A stretch of 64,000 bases of DNA from a virus, in IMG/VR virus record IMGVR_UViG_3300020034_000007, positions 11,924 through 75,923 of that record; one strand, written 5' to 3'. Below, piece after piece: positions 19,675 through 29,518 of this stretch (positions within the stretch are counted from its first letter, which is position 1; each line of letters begins with the position of its first letter). Both the position numbers and the translations under genes were made by a program. The notes beneath the pieces were generated by a model. The model had not been told where the DNA came from, did not search any database, and saw nothing but the letters and a program-made list of their open reading frames with translations.

Positions 19675-21367
19675 TTTCCGCCTGCGCCATCTCGCCCTCA
19701 AGTATCTGCGAGAATCGCGCCTTAAACTCCTCAGCATTGGGAAGGTAGTCTGTACCTAGAGCTGTGACATCACGAGCCCATCCGTCCAACCGTGCGTAAA
19801 GCTGATTGGTACGCTGAGCTGCATTCACAATTCCCTGAGAAGCAAAGGCATCTTCCATGCGTCGCTTGAATCCAAAATTAACTCTCATGTCAGGACCATA
19901 TCGATCTTCACGATAGGCATTCTCTACCTGGCCATTGACGCGCTTGAGAATCTCATTGCGAATGTCGGTCATCTGCGCGTTGCTAGCCTTGCCGTTCTTT
20001 GACGGCGCTGGCACAGGCTTGGTGGGATCAGCATTTGGATCTGCGTTAGGGTCAGCATTTGGATCAGGCTGAGGAGCCAGCGTCTGCTGAACTTCACTAA
20101 TCGTCAGTCCAGCCATCTCGCCTAGCTGCTCGGTATCGAATTTTATCTTATCCTTACCAATAAGCGCCTGTAGAATCATCTGCAGCATCATAGCGTTAGC
20201 ATTATCAAGCTTGTTGAACTTGATCCTTATCTTAGGTGGGTTAGCACCAGGGTAGTTAAACTTAGCCATCGGTGCCAGGATATACTTGTCGATGTACTGT
20301 GCGCGATCTGCATTCAATGCGTTCAACATCCACAGATACATCTGCATATGGCCGACGCCGAGGTTATAAGAACCAACATCAGCTGTTTTCATCAGCAGAA
20401 CAGGAGTAAAGATGGCCAATGAAATCTCTTCATCCAGTCGCTGCATATAGCGCTCGAAATCTGCGCCACGCATCTGTGCTTCCAAATATTGCATGTCGTA
20501 ATCAAAGTACCCACGGCCTGCACTATCCTGCTCACGGTCAGCAGGAAGAACCACGACAGAACGATTTCGCAGCTGCATAAGCTGAGCCAGCATAAACTCC
20601 GAGGAGTTCATACTCGAACCGTCTGGCAAGTCTACAGTCTCACCGAAGGGTGCACGCCCTACCGGAGTCGGCTCGCCGAATCGCTCATAGTACCTGTTGG
20701 AATACAGATGCATAAGCATCGAGAAGAAGTAAGAAGTGTAAGCAGACTTGAGCAGCTTCTTGCCATAGTAATTTCCGTTCTCCATGAGAATAGAAAACCA
20801 GAACGAGTTCTCTGGCGGAATCGGGCGAGGCCAGCCGAACTGAATGATACCATCATACACTGGGATCTTCGGTGGAACATTCCCAGGAGGCGCCCAACCG
20901 TCGACCTCTTTCCAATTAACCGCACAAGTCTCCGGAATGAGGTCCTTAATCTTCGTAAGGACCACAGCCCTGCCGTCGACGTCATTCTCCCACTGAAGTA
21001 CATTCGGAGAATAGCCGGCCCAGTGCGCCTGTGACATTGCGCGATTCAGCTGGGTCCAGATATTTTCAAGCTGCTCAGTACAGAGGTCACGAAGCTTCTT
21101 GTTATCACACTCAATCGTCCAGTTGGACTGATGTAGCATAAAACTCAGAACCGCCAGGGATGAATTCACCTGGTAGTGCTGGGTCATCGTGCGGTAATCC
21201 GCAAGGGTGAGCTTCTCTAAATCGAACTGAACAATGCCGCCGCCGGGCAGCTGCAGGAAGTGATTGTACCTCTCTCGACCACTCCAGTTACCGAACTTTT
21301 CACCAAGCTTCGGTGGAGCTGTCTTGACGTTCTGTATAGGATTACCATGATGGTCAAGAAGAGGCAC
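19664..21367 (-). CDS. Portal protein (DUF935/Mu gp29-like)
   Basis: GTG 21367 with SD aggag; LLDHHGNPI N-terminus; YYERFGEP, DEEISLAIF and GSYNLG motifs. Confidence 0.9.
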   Translation of the reverse strand: MPLLDHHGNPIQNVKTAPPKLGEKFGNWSGRERYNHFLQLPGGGIVQFDLEKLTLADYRTMTQHYQVNSSLAVLSFMLHQSNWTIECDNKKLRDLCTEQLENIWTQLNRAMSQAHWAGYSPNVLQWENDVDGRAVVLTKIKDLIPETCAVNWKEVDGWAPPGNVPPKIPVYDGIIQFGWPRPIPPENSFWFSILMENGNYYGKKLLKSAYTSYFFSMLMHLYSNRYYERFGEPTPVGRAPFGETVDLPDGSSMNSSEFMLAQLMQLRNRSVVVLPADREQDSAGRGYFDYDMQYLEAQMRGADFERYMQRLDEEISLAIFTPVLLMKTADVGSYNLGVGHMQMYLWMLNALNADRAQYIDKYILAPMAKFNYPGANPPKIRIKFNKLDNANAMMLQMILQALIGKDKIKFDTEQLGEMAGLTISEVQQTLAPQPDPNADPNADPNADPTKPVPAPSKNGKASNAQMTDIRNEILKRVNGQVENAYREDRYGPDMRVNFGFKRRMEDAFASQGIVNAAQRTNQLYARLDGWARDVTALGTDYLPNAEEFKARFSQILEGEMAQAENGH

Positions 21368-24275
21368 GATTGCTCCTGTCAGTTCGGAGATGACTCGGGA
21401 AGTTAACGCCAAACCTCTCGCCCGCTGACTGCGCTGGAGCCTTCAGTCCACCACTGCCAGCCTTGCGTACCTGTGCGATTAGCTCTGCGAAACCTTCGCT
21501 GACACCTTCGGTATGCTGACTAGTATCACGTCCTCCGTACCCGGAGTCCAGTGATGACCGCAACCCACGCCGGTATGAACGATCTCCAATCAAGTTAGAA
21601 ACAACACCTGCTAATGCATCCGCTACGTCCTTTGATCCCTTAAGTGGATGATCTACCTTGCGACCATCAGTAGAAAGTTCCATCAACTCCTTGATGACGA
21701 TCTTGACAGCTGTATCATCACCCTTGTTAATAAACGTCATATACGGAGGAAACTCTAAACGCTCCTCATAGATTGCATCACGCAAATCCTCGTAAGCAAT
21801 CATGTTCTTGTCTACAGATAGATCATCTACCCAGAACTTCTTCTTGCGAAGTTGTTGCTTTGTATCCTGCGACTGGAAACCATCCATCGATATCTTCTTG
21901 AGACGGAATCCAAACTCATCACGAAGTCTATAAATGACACGTCGCACATCACCAAAGAAGATTTCCGTACCCGGCATTGCTTTCAGTCTACCGAGGAAAT
22001 CGATAACAATGAGTGGCTTTAGCTCACCATCAACCTCTGTCAATTCAGCAACGTGACCCATGACAATTCCCAGCGCATCCCCTTCGGAAGAATACGCATA
22101 GTCGATATGCATATTGCGCTTGCGTGGATCATCGTGCCCACGGAACCAATCTTCGAATTCCAACACCGAGGGATTAATGCCTACCGGAGAAACCTCACCG
22201 TGTCGCTCTATCCATCGTTCCTCGCATAGCTCGATCTTGTCCACCAGTGAAATGAACGGATCACTCACCGCTGGTGGAATACCAGCTAGGTCACGCAGTG
22301 CCTTCTCTGGATTATTTTCAAAACTCTTCTGAAACATTGTCGGAATCTCCAACAGTGTCTCAATTTTACCGGGCGCCAACATTGCCCCAACCATCTTAGG
22401 GATAATCTGACGACGCTTGAAATCGTAATAGAATGAATTACGAGTACCATCATCTGCTGTATAACGCGCCCACCCCAACGACTCCCACAGAGTCATACGG
22501 CAAGTATAAGCATTCGGATCGGTAGTAAATTCAGCAAACTTCTTGGACGCAAATCCATTGGCCTTCTTCATCTGACCAATACAAATCAGCAATCCTCTAT
22601 CTTCGAACCGCGAGAAAATCCTTCCATGGATCGTGTCGTAGCCTACCTCAGCATAATCCTTATCCTTTGTTTGCTTGTGAGAATCCATCTCGTCTAGAAT
22701 CCCACCAAGGATGTTATAACCTTCGAACGTTGTTTCAGATGAGTCACCAGGAAGAATCCAAATATCCTTCTGGGGAAATCGAATCTGCTTAGTGAACTTC
22801 TCGTCATATGGAGCATTCTCAATAAACCAAACAGAGTGCTTAATACGAGCGAAAATGTCACCGAAGATAACTTCACGAGCATTTGTCTCGGATGTCGACA
22901 TCTGCATGAATGCAATACGTGACCCAGGAAGCAGGCTGAAGTAATCCTGCGGATCATTCAAGCAGAGCACCCAGTGCACCATATAAGGAATAGCGATCGA
23001 AGCTAAAGTCGTATTATGCGTAACTATAAAGTCTTTGGTCACATAGAGCTGATCTAATGCATCTACCTTAATACAGCGACCTGGGCCACGGTCAATCTTT
23101 TCAACCTTAACTATCGATCTCGCTGGTCGCTGATTAGTTCTAGGACTCCAATTAGCGACTTTGCGAGGTAGACTAAAGGGGCACTCCTGATCCATATTCA
23201 GATGGACCTGATACTCCATAACTCCTCTACGGTCGAACTTCGTTACAGTGCAATACCCACCGAGAGAACGAACTAACTCTGCTACATCATCAGCAAGTTG
23301 TCTAGAACTTGTAGAGTACACTTGAGTATTTTTGCCGAAAGCCGATCCGTCATTATCCATCAAACCACGTAGCAATTCCCAGCGATCCTGAATAGAAGCG
23401 CGCAAATAAATCTCGGGTATAAACTTCTCGCAAGAAGATTTACCATATAATTCCAGTGCCTCTAGCGTATTCAGAATTGGGTTAGAATTCAACCTTCGCA
23501 GAGTGCCGTCAGCCTTTATCGTAAACTTCAGATACCCTCCATCTGTTAAATGAACAGCATTTTTTCTTAGGAGTTCTTCAAGTCTATCAGCATTCCATCT
23601 ATCCTGCGTGCTAAACGAAATACTTCTCCGTGTCATTCCACCATTAGCCAACAAGGCACCTAGAGCCCAAGGATGAATTGGAAGTTCACCCTGATACTCA
23701 TATTCTACAGGAAGTACAATTGGAATTCGATACTTGTAGTTACTACCGGCAAACTGAAGTTGTTGTCGACTTAAGTACTCCGTGGTTACAACTTGAGACT
23801 TAAACTGCCCGTATGAACTCTTGTAACTGACTTTCCAAAGATGATCGGCACCTGCGTCTACCCAAGTACCATCCTTAAAGGAGAGTCTGTAATATTGAAT
23901 ATCTTCGTTATCAAAAACACCAAGAACTTGTGTTGCCTTTCCATCGCTTCCTATTACAGAATCACCAACTCTGAGTGCTCGATTTTCTACCCACCCGGTC
24001 GGTGTTAAGATTAATTCTTCCGGACGCAAATTCTTGCCGATACCAATAGCACCCGTAAAGATAGCACGCTGTACCTGAGCAATACGATAAGTACTTACAT
24101 CCTTGCCGAAGATTTCAACGAGAGCCTGTCGCACGCCAGGTCGAATCTTGGACGCAATATCCAGGTAACCTACACCGAGAAACTCTTCGATGGTCGCCGG
24201 CCGTTGCCAAAACTCGGGATGATCCTTGAGCCACTGAAGCTCGTAGGCAGTTCTGACTGGATCAAACTCGGTCAT
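21354..24275 (-). CDS. terL: Terminase large subunit containing an intein
   Basis: Split Walker A GAIGIGK|TT, Walker B ILDE, nuclease motifs HIDYA, DGFQS and DHPLKGSKDVADA. Confidence 0.93.
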   Translation of the reverse strand: MTEFDPVRTAYELQWLKDHPEFWQRPATIEEFLGVGYLDIASKIRPGVRQALVEIFGKDVSTYRIAQVQRAIFTGAIGIGKNLRPEELILTPTGWVENRALRVGDSVIGSDGKATQVLGVFDNEDIQYYRLSFKDGTWVDAGADHLWKVSYKSSYGQFKSQVVTTEYLSRQQLQFAGSNYKYRIPIVLPVEYEYQGELPIHPWALGALLANGGMTRRSISFSTQDRWNADRLEELLRKNAVHLTDGGYLKFTIKADGTLRRLNSNPILNTLEALELYGKSSCEKFIPEIYLRASIQDRWELLRGLMDNDGSAFGKNTQVYSTSSRQLADDVAELVRSLGGYCTVTKFDRRGVMEYQVHLNMDQECPFSLPRKVANWSPRTNQRPARSIVKVEKIDRGPGRCIKVDALDQLYVTKDFIVTHNTTLASIAIPYMVHWVLCLNDPQDYFSLLPGSRIAFMQMSTSETNAREVIFGDIFARIKHSVWFIENAPYDEKFTKQIRFPQKDIWILPGDSSETTFEGYNILGGILDEMDSHKQTKDKDYAEVGYDTIHGRIFSRFEDRGLLICIGQMKKANGFASKKFAEFTTDPNAYTCRMTLWESLGWARYTADDGTRNSFYYDFKRRQIIPKMVGAMLAPGKIETLLEIPTMFQKSFENNPEKALRDLAGIPPAVSDPFISLVDKIELCEERWIERHGEVSPVGINPSVLEFEDWFRGHDDPRKRNMHIDYAYSSEGDALGIVMGHVAELTEVDGELKPLIVIDFLGRLKAMPGTEIFFGDVRRVIYRLRDEFGFRLKKISMDGFQSQDTKQQLRKKKFWVDDLSVDKNMIAYEDLRDAIYEERLEFPPYMTFINKGDDTAVKIVIKELMELSTDGRKVDHPLKGSKDVADALAGVVSNLIGDRSYRRGLRSSLDSGYGGRDTSQHTEGVSEGFAELIAQVRKAGSGGLKAPAQSAGERFGVNFPSHLRTDRSNRASS
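23013..24032 (-). mobile_element. Class 3 intein (340 aa) with LAGLIDADG homing endonuclease domain
   Basis: Starts N-L-R-P-E-E-L-I-L-T-P-T-G-W and ends IVTHN|T. Block B is DHLW and block F is GRCI; LAGLIDADG motifs are LGALLANG and LRGLMDNDG. Confidence 0.9.
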
Positions 24276-24454
24276 ACTAAACCAATCTCCTTTAGTATGA
24301 CTCCGAAATCCTCATCTGACGCCAAGTCTAATAAAGCTTCCTTGGCGTCAGACAAATCACGCGGTGCCAGAACTCGACAGATCAAGATTATCGCATCTAC
24401 CAAACCAACCGTAATACCTTCTTCTAATCTACAGTCGATTTGTTTATCACTCAT
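24272..24454 (-). CDS. Hypothetical protein
   Basis: 60 aa from ATG 24454, coupled to the terL start. Confidence 0.55.
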   Translation of the reverse strand: MSDKQIDCRLEEGITVGLVDAIILICRVLAPRDLSDAKEALLDLASDEDFGVILKEIGLV

Positions 24455-24869
24455 TAAGCTCGCCACGAAAAGATGTCCTACGATCCTTGTCAGTTCCAAC
24501 CTCGCGGATCATGTAAGGATCATTACCCGGACCATGACTTGGCGCATATGGCTTCTCGCCATAGATCGTAAAGTGCTCGCAATCCTCATGCCTGGAAACT
24601 TCCATACACCTGTCTAGTAACCAGCGCTGCCACGAACGCCGATCATAAGCAGCAGGAGGTACGGGGAAGTAATGCACAACTGAACGCATCTTGCTATGGT
24701 CATAAGAATCTGGTTCAGTAATATGAACAACTAAAGTCAGACCAGTAGAGCCCTGGCCTCGATCAAGATCCTCCAGAGTGAATGACCAGTTTGGTCTATG
24801 CTTGAAACCCTGAATCAAGTCACCAAGCTCGTAGGGATATGGAGCAACCTGTCTCATCTTGTCCGACAC
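24447..24869 (-). CDS. Hypothetical actinophage-type protein
   Basis: 140 aa; HYFPVPPAAY...PYAPSHGPGNDPY. Confidence 0.75.
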   Translation of the reverse strand: MSDKMRQVAPYPYELGDLIQGFKHRPNWSFTLEDLDRGQGSTGLTLVVHITEPDSYDHSKMRSVVHYFPVPPAAYDRRSWQRWLLDRCMEVSRHEDCEHFTIYGEKPYAPSHGPGNDPYMIREVGTDKDRRTSFRGELNE

Positions 24870-24914
24870 GACTTCTCCTCTATATGAGTATCTCGCACAG
24901 ACTCTTCGATAAAG

Positions 24915-26363
24915 CTAGAAAGGCAGGTTGGGCATCGGTACCACGTTGGGCGGACTTTGCCTGCTGGTGGTATCGACACTGCTGATAACAGTTCCTTCGA
25001 CTTCTCTCGGTTGAGCCCCACCACGAGTCAGAATCCCTTCAATCATCTGCGGAGAAATTTCATCCCGCTTGTAGCCCTGTTGTTCCAACTCGCGAATCGC
25101 GGCGGCGACAATCTGACGTGGATCACCAAAGGCAATCGAAGCATTACCGCCTGAACCAACATTAACCTGAACCTTCGGCGACCGAAGAGTCGGATCAATC
25201 AGCTTCGCCAGGTGTTCACCCTGATCAGAAATGGTCTTAGCAATACGAGTCACTTCAGGATCAAGACCCATATACTCTTCCATCTCCAGTCCCTTTTCTA
25301 GCCGATTAGACTGGATCTGTACTACCGCAGCCAGGCCATCGATAATCGAATCGACATCACGAGTACGAAAGTAGGATGAAAGTTCCTTCGGCTCAGACTT
25401 AGGCACAGTACATACCGACCCTTCGCGATAGAACTTACAGACTACATTAAATGAACAGGAATTGCAAACGTACTTATCTCCCGGCTTGGGGTCTAGCTTA
25501 ATCTTACTCTTAGAATTCCTCATAAACAGATTTAAAGATTCTTCAGGTTCGTAATTCGCATCTGGTGTACTACTGTCAACAGTACTAGATTTAAAGGATA
25601 ACTTGATATCCTTGTTAAAGTATTGAGACCCCCACCGAGCTGCACGGATATTAAACATACATCGATTGCGAGGATCCATAAGATCGACTGGCTTGAATCC
25701 CATAAGGCGAATCCACTCACGGTATGGCTCTACGTTCTGCTTTGTTGGATTCAGCAACTTTCCAGTAGGAAGATGAATCTCACCCATCGCAGCACGATTC
25801 CTGGCCTCCCAATCAAAGGCCTTGAATCCAATACGATTAAGAAGCACCCACCCTGATGGTCCATGGATGTGCAAAATAGCTTCTGGGTATTCATCCTGAA
25901 GCTCCTTGCAGAACCTCAAAAACATCTTACCTGGACCCATCTTAAGATCAGGAAAGTTCATCACAATAACTCTATGTTCCTGACCATAAACTGGACGCTC
26001 CAAGACGTCAGTCTCATCGTCTGCGCAAAGTTCAAGATCTTTACCAACATCGTTAGCCATATAGCTTTCAAGTACAGCCTCATCCTCGCCATATTGCCAG
26101 GTTGGATAAACTGCAATGGGATCATGCTGTGTAGGACTGTACTCAGCTGTACCCTGTGTTCCACAGACCATAAGTCTATAAGGAACAGTAGAGCCGCCGA
26201 AATAAAGGTTAGCCCATCCCTGAACATCTTTAATCTTCTTGCGGACAATCCAGCCGTAATCAAAGATTACATTTCGCTCGTTACACTCTAAGAGTTCTTT
26301 GATATAATTGGACGGATTCCGCCACCAGAGTTCGCTAGTCACGTAAGCCACCGTAACCGCCAT
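24915..26363 (-). CDS. Divergent TGT/DpdA-like TIM-barrel protein fused to a Cys4 motif and a helical TerS-like C-terminus
   Basis: Motifs IFDYG, VYPTWQYGEDEAVLESY, LHIHG...FKAFDW...MGEIHLPTG, RCMFN and CNSCSFNVVC...C; first gene of the late operon. Confidence 0.5.
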   Translation of the reverse strand: MAVTVAYVTSELWWRNPSNYIKELLECNERNVIFDYGWIVRKKIKDVQGWANLYFGGSTVPYRLMVCGTQGTAEYSPTQHDPIAVYPTWQYGEDEAVLESYMANDVGKDLELCADDETDVLERPVYGQEHRVIVMNFPDLKMGPGKMFLRFCKELQDEYPEAILHIHGPSGWVLLNRIGFKAFDWEARNRAAMGEIHLPTGKLLNPTKQNVEPYREWIRLMGFKPVDLMDPRNRCMFNIRAARWGSQYFNKDIKLSFKSSTVDSSTPDANYEPEESLNLFMRNSKSKIKLDPKPGDKYVCNSCSFNVVCKFYREGSVCTVPKSEPKELSSYFRTRDVDSIIDGLAAVVQIQSNRLEKGLEMEEYMGLDPEVTRIAKTISDQGEHLAKLIDPTLRSPKVQVNVGSGGNASIAFGDPRQIVAAAIRELEQQGYKRDEISPQMIEGILTRGGAQPREVEGTVISSVDTTSRQSPPNVVPMPNLPF

Positions 26364-26377
26364 ATGGACTAGAAGCA

Positions 26378-26631
26378 AAGTATTGCCCGGTAAAAAATCC
26401 GCGACGCTCGGACCTTACCGGGCAATACTTGTCTAGGAGATGCTAGGCGGGGAGGGTCAGTCTCGACACCTCCCTCCCCGCCTGCAGGTGGCCTACCCCT
26501 GGGGTGGGTCTGCGCATTGCCTACCCTACACGTGCGCACGCGGACCCCGCAACGGCCGACACGCCGGACCCGTGGGCCGCGTGGACATGATCACCCACCA
26601 CCCGATAGGCTAGGGGTCCGCGCTTCGCACG
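26378..26631. promoter_or_regulatory. Multi-hairpin element in the divergent late/replication intergenic region
   Basis: 16-bp IR 26378-26393/26415-26430; 12-bp IR 26445-26456/26472-26483; nested stem 26531-26548/26613-26631. Confidence 0.6.
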
Positions 26632-26676
26632 CGCGAATTTAACAACGGGCCAAATGGTCTATCTGGGGAGACAGCC

Positions 26677-27489
26677 TTGAGCGAAGAACTGGCTAACGCT
26701 ATTGCCAAAAGGTTCTTGGCTCGGAGAGATGTAAAAGCCGTTCAGTACAGCAATGGCGCATACTCACCGATCCGCGAACCGTGGACACGCGAAGATCTCG
26801 ATAATCACCTCGCTGGCACAAGGACATTCGGCCACTATCTGATTAATCCAGAAGATCGATGCAAACTACTTTGCTTTGACGTCGACCTGGAAAAGGATGG
26901 TGTGCTACCATGGGATCCAGAGTGTAGTACCTGGTTCACTGTAGCCGAAGAAAAAGACGCCAATGGTTCTGTTGTTCCCACCTCGGGTCTTCGTGGTGCC
27001 TGGCATGACAGATCTCATCCGGGGCGTATCTGGATGAAGACTCAATTTAAGCTCATGGCGAACATCCTTGCTACCGGAATCAAAGACCACTTAGGCATCG
27101 ATGTAGCTGTCGCCTATTCGGGCAATAAGGGCGTCCACGTCTACGGCTTCTTTGGTAAGGAAATCGATTCTGACGCTGCCCGTGAAGGGGCGTTAATCGT
27201 ACTAGACTCAATCGGTGAATTCCACGCCAGTCGCGGTCAGGTCTTCTTCAAGCATAACGATGAAAACTACATCACAGGCTTTCCAAATCTTAGTATTGAA
27301 ATATACCCCAAGCAAGATTCCATAGCTAACAAAGATCTCGGCAACCTTCTTAGACTTCCCCTTGGTCGTAATCAGAAGTCCCCACAGGACCCTACGTTCT
27401 TTGTTGACATGAGCACCGGGGCAGATCAGTTCGGTCCCGTTGATGCCCTCAAGGCGATGTCGCCTGGTTACGATGCTTGGACGGCCTAG
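26677..27489 (+). CDS. Archaeo-eukaryotic primase-type (AEP) primase-polymerase domain
   Basis: CFDVD, SGNKGVHVY and LGNLLRLPLG motifs; TTG start with ctggggag SD. Confidence 0.88.
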   Translation: MSEELANAIAKRFLARRDVKAVQYSNGAYSPIREPWTREDLDNHLAGTRTFGHYLINPEDRCKLLCFDVDLEKDGVLPWDPECSTWFTVAEEKDANGSVVPTSGLRGAWHDRSHPGRIWMKTQFKLMANILATGIKDHLGIDVAVAYSGNKGVHVYGFFGKEIDSDAAREGALIVLDSIGEFHASRGQVFFKHNDENYITGFPNLSIEIYPKQDSIANKDLGNLLRLPLGRNQKSPQDPTFFVDMSTGADQFGPVDALKAMSPGYDAWTA

Positions 27490-27491
27490 GA

Positions 27492-29315
27492 ATGACTGTA
27501 CCTAATCTTGACAAATTTGAAGCTGCGATCGCTGCACGCCGTGCCGAGAAAGAGGCACGACAGGAGTTTCAAAGAATCAAGAAGGCTACAGCTGACCCTG
27601 ACCTTGTTCCACAATTACAGTTTGAACGCAAGCCCGAAGATGACCTGATCGATCAGGCGCTAACCAACCTATCGATAGTTGAGGCGTACAATCGCTGGTG
27701 CGGCAAGATGAAGCCAGCTAAGCGCTCAGGTCAAACTGAAGGTGTCATGATCTCGTGCCCTATTCCGGGGCACAGAGACTCTAATCCCAGTGCATGGGCC
27801 AATACCGAGAAGAATACCTGGTTCTGTGGAGCCTGTAATACCGGCGGTGACATCTACGATATTGCTGCTTACCACTTGAATCTGCCTGTACCTGGTTACA
27901 AAGAAGGTAAGCAGTTCCACGATCTTCGTAGGTCAATGGTTCAAGATCTTGGCTACGTCGTCCAGAGATCAGATGATATCAAGATTCCGGATAACATCTA
28001 CAAGCCAGCACCAGTAACAGAGATTATTGACAACTCGCCATCGATTGAAGAACTAGAAGCAGAGATTTTCCCTAGCCTTAACTGGCGTGATATTGTTCCA
28101 GAAGATAGCTTCATCTATCAGTATGTGAATGCCTGTTCGATAGATGATGCCGCAGAAGAATACCACTTCTGGAACGCTATGGTGGCAGTTGGTTTAGCTG
28201 TAGGTCGAGATGTAAGTCTCATGGACTTCAAGCCGGTCTATGGCAACCTGCTACTATGCCTACTTGGTAAGTCAGGTGACCGAAAGTCTCGATCTCAAGG
28301 ACACCTTAAGACTTTACTGGAAATGGCTATACCATACGATTATTCTAGTGACGTCTCTAAAGGTATCAAACCAATTCAGGGTACAGCATCTGGTGAAGCC
28401 TTGATTCGTGGATTCTACCGCCCAATCTTTGACAGTATGAATCCAAAGATGGTTCTTGATTATTCAAGAATCCGTGGTCTGGTAGAGTTTCCAGAACTCT
28501 CTAGCCTTATTCATAGAACCGAAAGAATGGGCTCTACTCTTAAAGATATACTTCTTCAGTTCTCTGACGGAGATGATCGCATCTCGAATCACTCCATTAC
28601 CAATGGAGAGAGTTTTGCCAAGCATTCGTTCGCATCAGTAATTACTACCACCCAGCCCGATTCACTGAAACATCTCATTAGCGAAGAAGATACTGGTAAT
28701 GGTTTTCTGAATCGCTGGCTGTTTGCATCTGGTACACCAAAGAAAAAGATTGCAGTAGGTGGAGCAACTATCGATCTACTAGACGCAGGAGTCTCACTGC
28801 AGAATATCCACGGTCAACTGCCGCGCTCTGTGGGATGGAGCGAAAATGGACTCAAGGCTTTCTCGGACCACTTCTATACAGAGCTAGACGACATTGCTGA
28901 CAAGAGTCCAATCCTTACGAGGTTGGATCTTCTCGAAAAGAAACTACTTTTATTGCTAGCAATAAACGAAAACCTTAATGAAATCGATGAGTCTACAGTA
29001 GAGTCAATGCTCAAGATGCACAGTTATCTGCTGAGTACATACGAGACAACAGCACGTAACACAGTACGACAGAGTATCAATGGCGAGATTTACAACGAAC
29101 TCATCAGGCACATTCAGAGACTAACGCCAAAGATGCCCTTCGGGCCCACTAAGAAAAATATCAAAGACCGTCTAGCTCGTAAGAATTATGATCCAGCAGT
29201 AGTTCAAAAGATGTTCGAATTACTTTCCAAAAATGATGATATACAAATTTCTAAGGGTGACGACAACAAGCCTGGTCCAAAAACCGATCACTTCAAGTGG
29301 ATCGGAACTAGCTAA
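27492..29315 (+). CDS. Zn-finger (CHC2-like) + DUF3987-like P-loop helicase/replication protein
   Basis: CPIPGHRDSNPS...WFCGAC; NLLLCLLGKSGDRKS Walker-A-like motif; C-terminal winged helix. Confidence 0.8.
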   Translation: MTVPNLDKFEAAIAARRAEKEARQEFQRIKKATADPDLVPQLQFERKPEDDLIDQALTNLSIVEAYNRWCGKMKPAKRSGQTEGVMISCPIPGHRDSNPSAWANTEKNTWFCGACNTGGDIYDIAAYHLNLPVPGYKEGKQFHDLRRSMVQDLGYVVQRSDDIKIPDNIYKPAPVTEIIDNSPSIEELEAEIFPSLNWRDIVPEDSFIYQYVNACSIDDAAEEYHFWNAMVAVGLAVGRDVSLMDFKPVYGNLLLCLLGKSGDRKSRSQGHLKTLLEMAIPYDYSSDVSKGIKPIQGTASGEALIRGFYRPIFDSMNPKMVLDYSRIRGLVEFPELSSLIHRTERMGSTLKDILLQFSDGDDRISNHSITNGESFAKHSFASVITTTQPDSLKHLISEEDTGNGFLNRWLFASGTPKKKIAVGGATIDLLDAGVSLQNIHGQLPRSVGWSENGLKAFSDHFYTELDDIADKSPILTRLDLLEKKLLLLLAINENLNEIDESTVESMLKMHSYLLSTYETTARNTVRQSINGEIYNELIRHIQRLTPKMPFGPTKKNIKDRLARKNYDPAVVQKMFELLSKNDDIQISKGDDNKPGPKTDHFKWIGTS

Positions 29316-29515
29316 TCCCACACTATTCTGGTCCGGCCTGAATGGCCATGGACAGCTTCAACTGACTTAATGCCACGCCAATGAATAGTGAGCGTCGGCC
29401 ATTCGCCTATCCACCTTAGGAACGCCAGGCCAAAGAAGGCGTATCCTCGGGCGATGTATCCAGTCCCAGAGACGCCGGATACATCTTCGTCTCGAATCAA
29501 GCGAAACGTACGCAC
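29312..29515 (-). CDS. Actinophage-type hypothetical protein
   Basis: FRLIRDEDVSGVSGTGYIA motif. Confidence 0.75.
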   Translation of the reverse strand: MRTFRLIRDEDVSGVSGTGYIARGYAFFGLAFLRWIGEWPTLTIHWRGIKSVEAVHGHSGRTRIVWD

Positions 29516-29518
29516 AGG

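Noticed and set aside
263-24617. Numerous plus-strand ORFs (e.g. 5420-6154, 9814-10317, 20489-21034)
   Set aside because: These are antisense shadows of long minus-strand structural genes, with no SD or family motifs.
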